64,000 nt of DNA, taken from Octopus vulgaris. Lineage: Eukaryota. Below, piece by piece: positions 62,692-64,000 of this stretch (position 1 is the first letter of the stretch; the number at the start of each line of letters is the position of its first letter). A program made the translations under genes and the position numbers. The notes below the pieces were generated by a model that was not told the origin of the DNA, made no database searches, and saw only the letters and a list, made by a program, of their open reading frames with translations. The stretch lies in the NCBI GenBank assembly GCA_951406725.2, contig OX597816.1, positions 15,934,001-15,998,000 on the forward strand. Reading direction: 5' to 3'.

Positions 62692-64000
62692 ATTAATTGA
62701 AGTGTACAGTATTATATATCCATTATAGTTCTCTGGGAGATTCAGTGTGACAAGGCTGGCCTTTTGAAAGTGGACTGGAACAATGTGAAACAAAGTATCT
62801 TGCTTAAGGGACACAATGCACCATCGGGAATCAAACTCATGACACTATAATCAAGGGCCAAATACCCTAACCAATGAGCCATGTGCCTTCACAACATCTT
62901 CAATAACAATAATTGCTGAAGAACAACAAATGTCGCCCTCTGGCTAAGTTCACCTTGGTTGTCTCTGATGAGGCTGACACCAGAAATTATGGGTCTACAG
63001 AAATAGACCAGACAGTGGAGAGACTGCACCTTATACAATTCATCACTGCACCTTGGAAAGTGCAGCTTTACTTTTCTAAGAACAAGGGTATGGTATCCAT
63101 CATTAGTTGTTTTAGTCATGAACCTTGCTGGACAGGGGTCAGCCCTGTATGAATATCATTCCAAAGCCACGTTTTCGGCTGGCTGTTGAGATGATGGAAA
63201 TAACTGTGAGTAGTAATGATTACAGTAATTATTACAGTAATTATTACAGTAATATATATATAATGATTACAGTAATGATTACCACATGTTTATGTCCTGT
63301 CACAGGTAATCTATGATCCATGGCACTTTCTGACTGACACAACCTAACAGACAAAAAAAAAACCATCTTCAATTTTCTTAGTAGTGTGGCATGCCTGATT
63401 GGCAGAATATTTAGTGTTGAAGAATACCTTGAAGAATTTCTTTCAGCTTTTTTGGTTTTAAATTCAAATCTTGCCAAGATCACCCTTGTAGTTCATCTTT
63501 CTGGGGTTGATAACAAAAAAAAAAACATGTCAAATACTTAATTCAATAGAAATTTAAGCCCTTGGACCTACATAAAAGATCCATCATCATTACCATCATT
63601 TAATGTCTGTTTTCCATGCTGGCATGGGCAGGATAGTTTGACAGGAGCTGGCCAGGCCCCAACTGTCTGCTTTGGTATGGTTTCTACAGCTGAATGCCTT
63701 TCCTAATGCCAGCCACTTTACCAAGTGTACCAGTTGCTTTTCATGTGGCACCAGTTTTATATGTGAGCTGGCATAGGTGCTTATTACATGGCACCAGCAT
63801 ATAAAAAAAATTGGTAGTATCTGTTTTGTTCTAGGAGTATTTTTAGTGTAATTTTTATTCATTGATGGTGTTGTTGCTTTGATCTCTTTGATGCCTGCCG
63901 TAAACTTCACTGTTTTTAGAGTCAGCCTTCTTTGTTCTAAGAATAAGTCATATGCAGGTTAACTTCATCTGTCACCTCACTGGGGTTAGTAAACTTGGGA

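Noticed and set aside
62954-62994. Upstream coding exon of the minus gene (tag|41 nt|gtgaac)
   Set aside because: The frame needed to join exon 62021 contains TAA; it could only be 5' UTR if translation starts at 61988, which I cannot support
48-63910. Most ORFs in the supplied track (e.g. ...IYDGLLSVSVYQIHSQGFG..., ...RKDERQSRPRRNLNSE..., YIYIYI runs)
   Set aside because: They are recurring translations of SINEs, MITEs, Helitrons and microsatellites, not genes
63820-63940. Exon-like unique sequence on - (ORF 63596-63910)
   Set aside because: No donor linking it to 62021, the ORF runs into a SINE, and it is too near the window edge to assign

Overview
AT-rich, repeat-dense eukaryotic genomic DNA, most likely an octopus/coleoid cephalopod (inferred from the tRNA-derived SINE families and microsatellite load; not provable from this window). 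I reconstructed two spliced genes by hand; the ORF track shows only fragments of them. (1) A complete 4-exon universal stress protein (USP) gene on +: join(9292..9364,40273..40353,41655..41761,45555..45794), 166 aa, with an intact ATP-binding motif, a His-rich tail and a 30.9-kb first intron. (2) An 8-exon gene on - that I cannot identify, predicted helical/coiled-coil, about 165-176 aa, running from 62021 to 33778, with all seven splice junctions phase-compatible. The two genes are interleaved: USP exons 2-4 lie in the last intron of the minus gene, whose last exon lies in USP intron 1. A candidate alternative last exon at about 48.0 kb would remove the overlap. The rest is SINEs (some as fixed-junction multimers), CR1-like LINE 3' ends (including a dimeric variant), non-autonomous Helitrons, piggyBac-like and 8/9-bp-TSD MITEs, long inverted repeats, a 34-bp minisatellite, and several Penelope/retrozyme-like elements carrying minimal hammerhead ribozyme motifs.
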